Shown: piece by piece, positions 10,539 through 20,612 of the stretch | How positions within the stretch are numbered: the stretch's first letter is position 1 | Layout of the letters: every line of letters begins with the position of its first letter | From: an uncultured Dehalococcoidaceae bacterium | GTDB lineage: Bacteria > Chloroflexota > Dehalococcoidia > UBA2979 | NCBI GenBank assembly: GCA_964479165.1 | Contig: CAYZJO010000013.1 | Span: 9,386-73,385, forward strand | Direction of reading: 5' to 3' | Length of the DNA stretch: 64,000 bases | Translations under genes and position numbers: made by a program | Notes under the pieces: generated by a model | Seen by the model: only the letters and a program-made list of their open reading frames with translations | The model's database searches: none | Told to the model about the DNA's origin: nothing

Positions 10539-11570
10539 ATGCTGGTGGTCCTGAGATACATGCTGAGCGCCTGGGGAAAGGTCGCGCTCGAGCGACGTGA
10601 GCTGGTGCTCGAGAACATTGCGCTCCGTCACCAGCTTGAGGTGCTATCGCGGGCTCGCCGCCGAGCCGCCTTACAGCCAGCGGATCGCTACTTCTGGTCG
10701 TCGCTCGCACGGCTCTGGCCAGCCTGGAGAAAGCACCTGGTGATCGTCCAACCCGACACCGTCGTGCGCTGGCACCGCCTGGGCTGGCGACACTACTGGC
10801 GCTGGCGCAGTCGGTCGCCGAGGCGCGGCAGGCCACGGCTCGACGCCACGATCGCGGCTGAGATCCAACGGATGACTGCGGAGAACCCGCGCTGGGGACA
10901 CATGCGCGTACTCGGCGAGCTGCGCAAACTCGGATGCCGTGTCAGCCTGCAGACTGTCCGCCGCTACCGCAGGGACGTGCCGCGTGACCCGTCTCCCAGC
11001 TGGCGCACGTTCCTCGAAACCCACCGCCCAGAGATCTGGGCGTCCGACTTCTTTACGGTGCACACGCTCTGGTTCCAGACGCTCTACGTCTTCTTCTTCA
11101 TCGCGCACGACCGCCGCGCGGTGATGCACGTCAACGTCACGTCGCATCCGAACGCAACGTGGGTGTGGCGTCAGCTCATCAATGCGACGCCGTGGGGAGC
11201 GAGCCCACGCTTCCTGATCCGCGATCGAGACCGCTCGTACGGAGGGGAATTCGTTGCGCGTGCCCAGCGTATCGGCATCCAGACAGTGCTCACGCCGATC
11301 GCGACGCCGCAGGCCAACGCTATCGCCGAACGGCTGGTTGGCACGTTCCGGCGCGAATGCCTGGACCACATCATCGTCGTGAACGAGCAGCACCTGCGCC
11401 ATGTGCTCCGCGAGTTCGTCCGCCACTACAACACCGCACGCCCACACCGGGCGTTGGTACTGGAGGCTCCCGAACCGAAAACGGGTCCACGCGTCGACGA
11501 GTCAGGCCCAATCATCAGCCGTCCCGTACTCGGTGGATTGACCCACGAGTACGAGCGAACAGCGGCCTGA
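10539..11570 (+). CDS. DDE transposase with an rve integrase core and an N-terminal LENIALRHQLEVL / RWHRLGW / ENPRWGHMRVLGELRKLG region (IS481/IS3-superfamily-like).
   Basis: 343 aa. The catalytic region reads HTLWFQTLYVFFFIAHDRRAVMHVNVTSHP...IRDRDRSYGGEF...TPQANAIAERLVGTFRRECLD. The element ends are not resolved. Confidence 0.85.
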   Translation: MLVVLRYMLSAWGKVALERRELVLENIALRHQLEVLSRARRRAALQPADRYFWSSLARLWPAWRKHLVIVQPDTVVRWHRLGWRHYWRWRSRSPRRGRPRLDATIAAEIQRMTAENPRWGHMRVLGELRKLGCRVSLQTVRRYRRDVPRDPSPSWRTFLETHRPEIWASDFFTVHTLWFQTLYVFFFIAHDRRAVMHVNVTSHPNATWVWRQLINATPWGASPRFLIRDRDRSYGGEFVARAQRIGIQTVLTPIATPQANAIAERLVGTFRRECLDHIIVVNEQHLRHVLREFVRHYNTARPHRALVLEAPEPKTGPRVDESGPIISRPVLGGLTHEYERTAA

Positions 11571-11858
11571 TGGAATAATGGCACCGCACAGCTCTGCGCC
11601 TGTCGATACGCCGGCTCCAGTACCCACGAGTGCTCACAGCCCCCTCCTCTAGATTGGCGGACCTGACCTAGGGAAAGGGATACGGTAATCACGATTGTTC
11701 AACAACAAAACGAATGCGCACACAAGCACGTTCGGTCGGTTGACCACGACGTTGTGATAGTGATCGGGTCGCGGGGCGACGCTCCGCCTTGGATCGACTG
11801 TTCGAGCGCTCACTCGCGGCCGGACGCGACAGCCGCGAAGCCTCCACTCCGATCTGCC

Positions 11859-12812
11859 TCAATCCTGCTCGTAGACAGCGACTGGCGGTGCCACCCTGCG
11901 TAGTAGCGCCGCGAACTCTGTGGCGCGATGGATCTCAAGGAACGGGGCGACGCCGCTGGTCAATTGCAGATCGATACCCTGCGCGACCACATATGCCCGG
12001 GCAATCTGATTCAATCTGATTGTGCGACTTCGACTGGCTCCCGTCAGGACAGCACGGGAGGTCGTGAGAATGACTTCCCCTCGATCGATCAGTCGAAGCC
12101 GGTGCTCGGTGCTCTCGGTCGAGTCCCGCCTCCAGTAGGTTCCATCGCCGGCCTGAACACGCTCACCTTTGAGCCAGAAGTCACGTGTTAACTGCGTCTT
12201 TGGCAACCGTCTTGTCTCGACCGTCCACCAGGCGCCCGGGGACGCGATACACGCCCACCTCATTGGAAGCGAGCGCGAGTGGCACCGCAACCGCGAGGCT
12301 CGTGATGGGAGCGTGAGCGATGACCAGCGCTGGCGAGCAGCCTCCATGGAATCCGCCACGAACTCGCGAGGGTCGAGTCCGCGTGTCAGCCAGCGCTGAA
12401 CCAGTCGGGCCTCGCTGGGTTCGCTCAACTCGCCCTCGGGCGCGGCTCGCTGAACGTCCTCTTCCATGCGGCGCTGAATGTCAGTACGAATCGCTAGACG
12501 GATATGCTCCTTCCGCTCCGGGGTTGCCGCGGCGACGAGGACTCGAGCTCGTCTGCCCGAGCATCGGCTGTCGTGGCAGCTCGAATGACCGGGTCCAGTT
12601 CCGCTGCGACCCATCTGCGCTCCGCTTCCGCCAAGTCGCGGTCCTCGTCCCGCTGTCGAAGCAGGAGATCTGTGGATGCCAGAACGAAGCTCGCTGCACC
12701 GATTCCGAGCACAACTAGCAGTGCCTTCACTGTCCACTCGAGCGGTGCGAGGGTCCCTACGGCGAGACTCACCAGCCAGGCGATGACGAGCACAACGCCG
12801 ATGACCCCCCAC
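11859..12812 (-). CDS. Hypothetical protein. It may be the C-terminal part of a frameshifted gene that begins in ORF 12494..12907.
   Basis: The C-terminal 150 aa are protein-like (LTRDFWLKGERVQAGDGTYWRRDSTESTEHRLRLIDRGEVILTTSRAVLTG...). The N-terminal part of the track ORF is Arg-rich and doubtful. Confidence 0.3.
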   Translation of the reverse strand: MGGHRRCARHRLAGESRRRDPRTARVDSEGTASCARNRCSELRSGIHRSPASTAGRGPRLGGSGAQMGRSGTGPGHSSCHDSRCSGRRARVLVAAATPERKEHIRLAIRTDIQRRMEEDVQRAAPEGELSEPSEARLVQRWLTRGLDPREFVADSMEAARQRWSSLTLPSRASRLRCHSRSLPMRWACIASPGAWWTVETRRLPKTQLTRDFWLKGERVQAGDGTYWRRDSTESTEHRLRLIDRGEVILTTSRAVLTGASRSRTIRLNQIARAYVVAQGIDLQLTSGVAPFLEIHRATEFAALLRRVAPPVAVYEQD

Positions 12813-12907
12813 GTAGGCGGGAACATCAGGAGGCCGGCAGGAACGGATAGCGCGGTGGAGGGCTCCACCGCTCGTGGCTCTGGGGGAGTAGAGCTCGGAA
12901 TCGTCAC
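12494..12907 (-). CDS. Small membrane protein with two predicted TM helices.
   Basis: LLMFPPTWGVIGVVLVIAWLVSLAVGTLAPLEWTVKALLVVLGIGAASFVLAST. It overlaps ORF 11859..12812 in another frame, so a frameshifted single gene is possible. Confidence 0.3.
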   Translation of the reverse strand: MTIPSSTPPEPRAVEPSTALSVPAGLLMFPPTWGVIGVVLVIAWLVSLAVGTLAPLEWTVKALLVVLGIGAASFVLASTDLLLRQRDEDRDLAEAERRWVAAELDPVIRAATTADARADELESSSPRQPRSGRSISV

Positions 12908-13046
12908 CGCCCCCTCCTCTACGGAGTACTTCCGAGCGGCGTGAGAGACGCCCGGAAATGGATCGTACGGATGGCGTCAGATCGATACCGGACGACGCTC
13001 GTGGCTCTGCGCCGTGCGTCCCGACTTCGGGCAGAGCGCCAGCGGC

Positions 13047-14028
13047 TCATCCATCCTCCCGCACGACTTCGCGCGGGTCCTTGTCGGGTCGCAGCCCTTT
13101 GAACGAGGGATGGCGCAGCTGCCCGGTGCGCGAGGTCCACTCGGCGAACTCGACGTCGCACACGAGTCGCGGCTTGACGAAGCGCGATTCGCGCGGCACC
13201 TCGCCACCAGCGAACGGGCTCGTCTCGCGCGCGGGGCGGGCCCAGCAACGCTTCGAGCTCGCCGAGTGTGCGCTCGCTGAAGCCCGTCCCGACCTTGCCG
13301 GCCGAGACGAGGTGATCCCCGTCGTAGGTCCCGATCACGAGCGCGCCGATCTTGCCCGAGCGCGTGCCTTCGCCGGGCACCCAGCCGCCAATGACGAACT
13401 CCTGGCGTTGCTGGTTCTTGATCTTGAGCCAGGTACCGGAGCGCTTTCCCGGCTCGTAGCGGCTGGTGAGCCGCTTCGCGATCACGCCCTCCATGCGTTG
13501 CTCGCGACTCGTCGCCAGGATGAGATCGCCGCCGCCCTCCGACTGTGGCGGCGTGTGCCAGTGCGAGCCGTCGAGTTCGAGCGCCTCGAGCACGGCGCGA
13601 CGTTCGGCGTAGGGCTCGGCGAGGAGCGAGCGCCCGTCGAGCGCGAGCACGTCGAAGATCATGTAGGCGATCCCGACGCCAGGATCGGCTGTGACACGCT
13701 TACCGCCCTCGAGTCCCATGCGCTGATGCAACGCCTCGAACGTCGGTCGCCCGCTCGCGTCGAAGCCCACAATCTCGCCGTCGAGGAGCGCGCTGTGCGC
13801 GCCGAGAGCCGCCGCGAGCGCGCGCAGCTCGGGGTAGCGCCCCGTCATGTCGAGGCGGTTGCGACTGGCGAGGGAGAGTGCGCCACGCTCGATCCGGGCG
13901 ACCGCGCGGATGCCGTCCCACTTGAACTCAAAGCCCCAGCGCCCATCGTCGCGCGGCAACTCCGGCACCGAGCTTCGCGAGCATCGGCACGAGCGGCCGC
14001 GGCTGCGCGGGATCTCCCCGGCGAGCAT
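13047..14028 (-). pseudogene. ATP-dependent DNA ligase (LigC/LigD ligase-domain type) with an apparent 1-nt frameshift near 13215-13235.
   Basis: Start MLAGEIPRS at 14028. Motifs are FEFKWDGIRA (KxDG), EGVIAK and LKIKN. Frame 1 ends ...GELEALLGPPRARDEPVRWW and then becomes Arg-rich nonsense down to 12919. The next frame reads SPFAGGEVPRESRFVKPRLVCDVEFAEWTSRTGQLRHPSFKGLRPDKDPREVVREDG-stop (stop at 13047-13049), which is the canonical ligase OB-fold C-terminus. Confidence 0.6.
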
Positions 14029-14573
14029 TAGGTGGTGGGGCTGGGTTGTCTCGCACAAGCTGATCGTAAGGTCTGCTCGGCGGGAGGCGGTCGTGCTACC
14101 GTCGCCCCCCGGTCGCCTGCGGCCCTGCACAGCAACAGTCCTGCGGGCGGCCGGGACGACGGCGGGATAGACGTGCGCGACGCCGGTGGGGCGTTGTGCA
14201 GCGATGAACCGGACGGCGAGGTTGTAGTGAACGCGCCGCATTACACCCCTGCCGAGGTCGAGTCACTCGCTGCGGCGCTCATGCTCCTGCGCGCCATGGT
14301 CGACGCGGAGACGGGGGGCACTGCTCGAGGGTGCTGCACAGGCGCTCCGGCAGCAGGCCGCGCGGATCGCGACGCTCGAGCGAGTCACGCCTCAATGAAC
14401 GAATGGCAGCGCCTGCAACGGATTGCGGACAACGCGCAGCTCGAGGCGCAGTCGGCACGACGTGGCATCCGCAACGTCTTCCTCTTCGGCCTTGCCTTTT
14501 GGACCACGATCGCCGCGATCCTGGTCGCCGTATGCCGCTGACCCCTCGGAGCTAGGGACCAACCGCCTCCAAA

Positions 14574-14825
14574 GTGGTCTACATGACGTGGCGCCGCGAC
14601 TTCGACCCCTCCGCCAGGCGCGCGGTGGATCTGCGCACGCTGCGGCTGATGGCGTGGCTGCAGAAGCAGGACCGTTACCGCGCGGAGCGTCCGAAGCTCG
14701 AGCGCGGCCACAGGCGGAAGGCTGACATCGTCACGGTCACCTGGTACTTCGAGGCTGCCGACTGGCGAGAAGCGGACAGAGCCGTGCGAGAGATTGAGGA
14801 GCGCCGTGACGCGCCGCGAGGGTAG
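14574..14825 (+). CDS. Hypothetical protein of 83 aa.
   Basis: MVYMTWRRDFDPSARRAVDLRTLRLMAWLQKQDRYRAERPKLERGHRRKADIVTVTWYFEAADW... is protein-like. There is no domain call. Confidence 0.3.
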   Translation: MVYMTWRRDFDPSARRAVDLRTLRLMAWLQKQDRYRAERPKLERGHRRKADIVTVTWYFEAADWREADRAVREIEERRDAPRG

Positions 14826-14834
14826 ACTCGCCAC

Positions 14835-15146
14835 ATGCGCGGGCGGTTCACTCTGACGGACGACAATCGCGAGCGCGTCGCCGCGAGGCTCGGAGTTCCG
14901 GCGGACCAGCTGATCGAGGAGGACTACCGGCCGCGCTGGAACGTTGCGCCCACCGACCCGCGCACTGGATCGTGCGCATCCGCTACGAGGATCGCGAGGC
15001 GCGGGCGGCGAGGTGGGGCTTGGTCCAGTTCGGCTCGAAGGACCCGAAGCGCGCAGCAGCGCAGATCAACGCGCGCGCGGAGGCGAGTTGGCATCCCCGA
15101 CGAACACTAGCCCGCCTGGCTTGTATCGCGCGGGCCACTATCGCTT
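14835..15146 (+). pseudogene. SOS-response-associated peptidase (SRAP/YedK) remnant with a Cys2-to-Arg change, a frameshift and truncation.
   Basis: MRGRFTLTDDNRERVAARLGVPADQLIEEDYRPRWNVAPTDP in frame 1, where canonical SRAP starts MCGRF. HWIVRIRYEDREARAARWGLVQFGSKDPKRAAAQINARAEASW follows in the +2 frame from about 14960, then a stop near 15146. About half of a normal SRAP is present. Confidence 0.5.
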
Positions 15147-15545
15147 GATGGCTCGACGCGCCGATAGATCCTCGTGGGCGGTGGACCGCCGCCAAAGCAC
15201 CAGCAGCCCAATGATGATCAACCAGACCGCGACACGGGACGTCATCGCAAGCATGCTCTCCCTTGCCGGCACGCCCACGACGGTCGAAACCAGGAGCAGC
15301 AAGACGCTCACGTGGACACAGAGCGTCCCAACGGACACCAGGACCGCGAAGCGACTCCTGCTCCAGATCAACACGGTGGGGACGAGGACCGTCCAAAGGC
15401 CGATGGCGAGGTTGTAGATCGGGAGCCATGACAGCACCGTGTATCCCGGCTGCCATCCCTGTGCGGCGCTAGTACCGGCGACGACCGACATTGCCCCAAT
15501 CATCAGGGCGAGCAGGGCGGCCGCTCCACGCGCAAATGTATCCAT
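15138..15545 (-). CDS. Integral membrane protein with four predicted TM helices.
   Basis: 135 aa with hydrophobic helices (LLALMIGAMSVVAG, LAIGLWTVLVPTVLIW, AVLVSVGTLCVHVSVLLLLVSTVVGV, VAVWLIIIGLLVLW). Confidence 0.5.
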   Translation of the reverse strand: MDTFARGAAALLALMIGAMSVVAGTSAAQGWQPGYTVLSWLPIYNLAIGLWTVLVPTVLIWSRSRFAVLVSVGTLCVHVSVLLLLVSTVVGVPARESMLAMTSRVAVWLIIIGLLVLWRRSTAHEDLSARRAIKR

Positions 15546-15632
15546 CGTGTGCCTCTATGTCCGCGGAGACTAGATCGGTTCGCCCTGATCTGCTGAAGAC
15601 GTTTCGCGAGGCTCGGCGGCCAACTAGCCAAG

Positions 15633-16028
15633 TCAGGCGGGTGTGGTGTCGACACGCCCGCGGGGCTCAATGCCGCTCGGGCGCGCGGCCCAGACCAGCA
15701 GGACGCCCAACGCGGCTTGCGCGACCTTGCCTCCGAGGCTCAGCGCGTCGACTGTCCCCGTCCCTCGAACTGCCGACAGTAGGAAGAGGACGAGTACCAC
15801 GGCGTTTACGACCGCACCCAGCAGGAGCAGGCGACGGCCGACGAAGGGAATGGAAATACCCCCGGCGATGTAGGCGAGCCCTGCCGCAAACATGACCGGT
15901 CGCGGGGGGGACTTGAAGTCGTCTGGGACGAAGCCCATGGCGATCGCCAGGTACACCACGCCTGCCGTGACGGCGAAGACTGTGGCGAGGAGCAATACGG
16001 GCTTCGACGTGACAGTTGGACCGTTCAT
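15633..16028 (-). CDS. Integral membrane protein with three to four predicted TM helices.
   Basis: 131 aa: VLLLATVFAVTAGVVYLAIAMGF, MFAAGLAYIAGGISIPFVG, LLLLGAVVNAVVLVLFLLSAV. Confidence 0.5.
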   Translation of the reverse strand: MNGPTVTSKPVLLLATVFAVTAGVVYLAIAMGFVPDDFKSPPRPVMFAAGLAYIAGGISIPFVGRRLLLLGAVVNAVVLVLFLLSAVRGTGTVDALSLGGKVAQAALGVLLVWAARPSGIEPRGRVDTTPA

Positions 16029-16072
16029 CTCAACCTCCTCGAGCGTGGCTCAAGTGGAGCGTCCGCCGATAG

Positions 16073-18256
16073 TCACGGGCGTGAATGCATTGGTGCTGCT
16101 TGGGGGTCACTTGGACCTTCGATCGAAATGCGCGGCAGGCGCCGCTCCAGCCACGAGGGCAACCACCAGTTCCAGTCGCCCATGAGCTCCATCGTCGCCG
16201 GCACCAGCAGCAGTCGCACGACCGTCGCATCGACCAACACGGCGATCGCGAGCCCGAGCCCGAACTCCTTCACGACGCGCTGATCGTTCATCACAAAGCT
16301 CAGAAACACCATGATCATGATCGCTGCCGCCGCCGTGATGACGCTCGCGGTTGCAGCCAACCCGCGTGCGACTGACTTCGCGTTATCACGCGATGCCAGG
16401 TACTCCTCGCGAATCCGGCTCACGAGGAAGACCTCGTAGTCCATGGAGAGGCCGAAGAGCACCGCAAAGAGCATCATCGGCAGGAACGACTCGACCGGAG
16501 CGGACTGGTCGACGCCGACGAAGCGCATCCCCCAGCCCCACTGGAACACCGCCACCACGAACCCGTACGCCGCCCCGATCGAGAGCAGGTTCATTAACGC
16601 CGCCTTCAGCGGGATCAGCAGCGAGCGGAAGACCGCCACCAGCAGGAGGAAGCTCACCCCAATCACGAGGCCGAAGAACAGCGGCAGCCGGGAAGCGATC
16701 CGATCCGCGATGTCAATCGCCCGTGCGGTCGCACCTCCCACGTAGACGCGGGCGTCCGTGTCCGCAGCGTCGAGGGCCGCCGGGAAGACCTGGTCGCGCA
16801 GCTCATGCACCAGGTCCGCGGTCTCGCCTGACTGCGGCGATGTCGCGGGGACCACCGAAAACACGCTGACGTCCCCGGCCGGACCGGCCAACGGTGCGCT
16901 CACCGAGGCCACGTTCGGCAGGCTCGCGATCGCGTCGCGCACCTGTGCCGCTTCCGGCTGCGAGGCACCCTCGATCACGACCTGTAGGGGCCCGTTCATA
17001 CCGGGGCCAAAGGCATCCGCCAGGATGTCGTACGCGCGTCGGGTCGTGGAGCTCGTCGGATTGTTCCCGGCGTCCGCTGTGCCGAGGCGCATGTCGAGCA
17101 CCGGGACGCTCAGCGCCGCCAGAATCGTCACGCTCACGCCAAAGAAGACGTAGGGCCGGCGCATGATCGCCAGCCCGAGTGCGTACCAGCGACTCTGCTC
17201 GTGCGCAACTGCGGGCCGCCTCGAGCCGCGTGGTCCGCCAGAACCCGCGATCCGCGGGCCAATAATGCCCAGGAGCGCCGGCAGCAGCGTCAGCGCCGCC
17301 AGCACAGCGACGGCGACCATCGCGGCAGCGGCGACGCCGAGCCAGCCAACGAAGGGGATCCCCATCAGGCCCAGCCCGAGAAGCGATGTGATCACCACCC
17401 CGCCCGCGAATGCGACAGACTTCCCCGCCGTCGCGAGCGCCGCGCCCACGGCCGCGGCGATGTCGCGCCCCATGAGGACGTTCTCGCGATGGCGCGCCAC
17501 GATGAACAGCGCGTAGTCGATGCCGACGCCCAGCCCGAGCATCGCCGCGATGTTGGGCGCGAACTTGCTGAGGTCGATTGCGGCCGTCATCGCGAAGATC
17601 ACCGCGAACCCGACCGCGAGGCCCGACACCGCGCTCACCACCGGCAGTACCGTGGGCATGAGCGCTCGGAACAACACGTAGAGGATGAGAAGCGCGGCCA
17701 TCAGGCCGAGGACGGTCGACTCGTTCGGCCCCTCGCGCTCCAGTGCCGCCGGGACCGGACCACCGAGCTCGACCGTTAGCGCACTCGAGCGGGCGGCCCC
17801 GGCGAGCCCCTCGAGCGCCTCGGTGGCCTCGGCCGGGACATCGTCGGCGCCCTGCGCGAACTGCACGCGCATCAGCGCCACGGTGCGATCAGCCGACACG
17901 ATCGCGTTTGGCTGTGCGAACGGCGAAGCCACGCCGACGACCCCAGGGAGGGACGCGACGTCACGCGCAAGCGTCTCGATCGCGGTCCGCGTCTCGTCCG
18001 TGTCGATACCACCCGCGGCTTCGAAGATCACATCGGCGTAGTCGCCCGAGCGCTGCGGGAACGAGCGCTGCAGCACCTCGACCGCCCGCTGCGACTCGGC
18101 GCCGGGGATGGTGAGTGTGTTCGCCGTGCCCACCGAAATCGATCGCGCGGTGAGGCCGAGTGCCGCACCGGCCACAAGCCAGACCGCGACGACCTGCCAG
18201 CGGTACCGGACTGCGCTGCGGCCCCAGCGTTCGAGGAGACTCGCGCTATCGTGCAT
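16073..18256 (-). CDS. MMPL-family RND transporter (MmpL-like).
   Basis: About 727 aa from ATG at 18256 (MHDSASLLERWGRS...; RBS GGAGGAA). Two blocks of multi-TM domains with large periplasmic loops. This architecture is typical of MmpL. Confidence 0.85.
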   Translation of the reverse strand: MHDSASLLERWGRSAVRYRWQVVAVWLVAGAALGLTARSISVGTANTLTIPGAESQRAVEVLQRSFPQRSGDYADVIFEAAGGIDTDETRTAIETLARDVASLPGVVGVASPFAQPNAIVSADRTVALMRVQFAQGADDVPAEATEALEGLAGAARSSALTVELGGPVPAALEREGPNESTVLGLMAALLILYVLFRALMPTVLPVVSAVSGLAVGFAVIFAMTAAIDLSKFAPNIAAMLGLGVGIDYALFIVARHRENVLMGRDIAAAVGAALATAGKSVAFAGGVVITSLLGLGLMGIPFVGWLGVAAAAMVAVAVLAALTLLPALLGIIGPRIAGSGGPRGSRRPAVAHEQSRWYALGLAIMRRPYVFFGVSVTILAALSVPVLDMRLGTADAGNNPTSSTTRRAYDILADAFGPGMNGPLQVVIEGASQPEAAQVRDAIASLPNVASVSAPLAGPAGDVSVFSVVPATSPQSGETADLVHELRDQVFPAALDAADTDARVYVGGATARAIDIADRIASRLPLFFGLVIGVSFLLLVAVFRSLLIPLKAALMNLLSIGAAYGFVVAVFQWGWGMRFVGVDQSAPVESFLPMMLFAVLFGLSMDYEVFLVSRIREEYLASRDNAKSVARGLAATASVITAAAAIMIMVFLSFVMNDQRVVKEFGLGLAIAVLVDATVVRLLLVPATMELMGDWNWWLPSWLERRLPRISIEGPSDPQAAPMHSRP

Positions 18257-18376
18257 CTGTTCCTCCATACGATGCACCCAGCATCGGTGGAGCGGTCTGC
18301 GGCGTCGCCGACTTTTGTCGGCTTGCGTCCCACGCGCTGTCCCATCGGAAGCGAGGCGCCTCGAAATGATCCGCTC

Positions 18377-19063
18377 GTGACCACCCATCAGCATCCGGAG
18401 CGTGACCTCGTTGAGCGGCTGGCGATGGTCCCGCTCTTCTCCGGCCTTCCGCCCGAGTTCCTGCGGCTGCTCGCTGAAGCCGCCATCGCTCGTGACTACG
18501 AGGCCGACCAGGTCGTGTTCGTCGAAGGCGAGTCCTCGCCCGGGCTGTTCGTGATCGAGTGGGGACATATGAAAGTGGTGAAGGCTTCGCCGCAGGGCCG
18601 CGAGCACATCCTCGAGGTGCTGGGGCCTTCTCAGCCGGCGAACGCAGTCGCTGTCCTCACGAGCCGCCCGAGCCCCGCGACGGCGATCGCGCTTGAGCCC
18701 ACGCGGACGTGGCTCCTACCGCGGGGGGCGGTGGCCCAGCTCCTGCGCGATCACCCCGCGTTCGCCGCCAGCCTGATCGAGGACATGGCCAACCACATGG
18801 TCCACCTCGTCGACCTCGTCGCCGACCTCTCGCTGCGATCGGTCATGGAGCGCCTTGCCAAGCTCCTCCTCGAGGAGGCTATCGATGGCGTCCTGGTGCG
18901 TCCCCGCTGGCTAACGCTTCCCGAGCTCGCCGCACGGCTCGGCACCGTGCCCGACGTGGTGCAGCGCGCCCTCGGCCGGCTGGCCGCCGACGGCGTCGTC
19001 GAAATCGATCGCCGCGAAGTCCGCATTCGGGACCGGCGGAGGCTCCAAAAGCTCGCGGGCTGA
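18377..19063 (+). CDS. Crp/Fnr-family transcriptional regulator (cNMP-binding domain plus C-terminal HTH).
   Basis: GTG at 18377 gives a 228-aa protein. It reads MVPLFSGLPPEFLRLLAEAAIARDYEADQVVFVEGESSPGLFVIEWGHMKV...RSVMERLAKLLLEEA...LTLPELAARLGTVPDVVQRALGRLAADGVVEI. It is transcribed divergently from the MmpL gene. Confidence 0.8.
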   Translation: MTTHQHPERDLVERLAMVPLFSGLPPEFLRLLAEAAIARDYEADQVVFVEGESSPGLFVIEWGHMKVVKASPQGREHILEVLGPSQPANAVAVLTSRPSPATAIALEPTRTWLLPRGAVAQLLRDHPAFAASLIEDMANHMVHLVDLVADLSLRSVMERLAKLLLEEAIDGVLVRPRWLTLPELAARLGTVPDVVQRALGRLAADGVVEIDRREVRIRDRRRLQKLAG

Positions 19064-19798
19064 GCGCACGCTTCTCCTCGTCGGGCGCATCCTGCTGCAT
19101 CGACGTCAGCAATGCGCGGCACGAGCGAGACTGGAAGGCTGTCCCGAAGGCGCGGGGGCTCACGGCTGATGGCGACGCGAGGCCCCATGCGAACTCGCCC
19201 TGCGTCTCCCTGGTGAAGCCGCCCGATGAGGCAAGCCGGATACGGATCGAGGACGCCCCCGGAGGCCGGAGCCGTGGCCGACCGGGCCGCCGAGAGATGG
19301 AGCCCGCCGCGCCCGGCTGTCCTCCCTCGGAGGTGGAACTGCGCTATCCAGCGCTGCAGCGACTCACCGCGCGCTCTCTGGAGGCGCAGCCGCCCGAACG
19401 CAGTCAGTCCTTCGCCGAGACCAGAGTCGGTCTGCCACTCCAGATAGCGGTCGCGCACGGTTCGTTAGACGGCACGAGGAAGGCGGCCCGGTGATCGGAC
19501 CCCCGAACGTGTGAGCCTTCCATCTGGCGGGTCTGAAACGCGACTGCGATCCTCGACAGCTGCACATAGCCCATGCGAGCGCTGGAACGTCAATGCCTGC
19601 GTCTTCAAGCACGGCTGTTCCGACTCCACCACCGTGCTACCACCGCGCTATCAGGCTTCAAGTCCTACGGCACGGAGTGACCTCAGACCCGAGAAGAGCC
19701 GCAGAGAGGCTGGGCGGCTCCTACACTGACCTGGCTACGATGGTGCAGTTGGGTACGGCCCTCCCGTACAGCGAGGCTTTAGCCAGGGAAGGAAGTAA

Positions 19799-20218
19799 AT
19801 GACAGCCGAGAGGCCGAAGAATGAGCATGAGTTCATCGCGTATCCCACGGGCTACCTCTTCGCGGTGGTCGATGACCGGACTAACGCGGACGCGCTAGTT
19901 CGGGAACTCGAAGAGGCCGGCGTCGAGCGCTCGGCGATGCTGCGGTTCACGGGGGAGGAGGGCGCGCGGCGCATCGATGCCTCCGGGACGGACCATGGCA
20001 TCCTCGCACGGCTCCTGCGGCTGCTTGAGTACGCCGACGACTCGCGCCTACAAGCCGAGGCGTATGAGCGCGAGGCCCGTGCGGGACATTGCGTGATAGG
20101 CGTCCACGCGCCAGAGACGGATCGACGAGACCACCTGCGGGCGCTCGTCAAGGCCCACGGCGGGCACACGATCAATTACTACAGCCCCGCTGGATTCACA
20201 GAAACGCTCGACCCCTAG
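19799..20218 (+). CDS. Hypothetical protein of 139 aa.
   Basis: ATG preceded by GGAAGGAAG. The composition is protein-like and the GC is lower than its surroundings. No domain recognised. Confidence 0.55.
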   Translation: MTAERPKNEHEFIAYPTGYLFAVVDDRTNADALVRELEEAGVERSAMLRFTGEEGARRIDASGTDHGILARLLRLLEYADDSRLQAEAYEREARAGHCVIGVHAPETDRRDHLRALVKAHGGHTINYYSPAGFTETLDP

Positions 20219-20612
20219 GTCGGTCTGACCGCAGAGCATGAGGGAGCGGCCTAGCTGCCCCGAAGTGTGCCGCGGGTAGCGCCCGTTGGGCCTGGCCGCG
20301 AAGGCTGCGTTCGTGGACGACGTGCGACGCAGCCTATGCGTAGAGATCGCTCGGTTGGAGCCGAACTGGCCGCCGCTGTCACACCTCGTGGGAGGGCGGA
20401 CGACGCATGGCTTGAAGTGTTGTTGCACCCGAACGGCTCCTCTGACGGCCTGTAAGCGGAGTACACCGACTCGGGTAGTGCAACAGCACCTCTGTCGGCA
20501 AGGATGCCGGATACACGAGTCGAGGCGCGACGCAGCCGCGCCTCGACTGTCAGATGGAGGTTCCTCGCCCATCGTGGATGATGGTGTATTGCGGCGGTCG
20601 GTCTGGACTTGG

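Noticed and set aside
10498-11663. A 7-bp direct repeat GACCTGA at 10498 and 11657 as the target-site duplication of the IS481/IS3-like element.
   Set aside because: The sequences just inside the two GACCTGA copies show no inverted-repeat relationship. A 7-mer coincidence is plausible in GC-rich DNA. The element ends are left undefined.
14032-14541. ORF 14032..14541 (169 aa) as a gene divergent from the ligase.
   Set aside because: Most of it is Ala/Gly/Arg-rich and it overlaps the ligase upstream region. Only the last 48 aa (MNEWQRLQRIADNAQLEAQSARRGIRNVFLFGLAFWTTIAAILVAVCR) look real, which is too short to call confidently.
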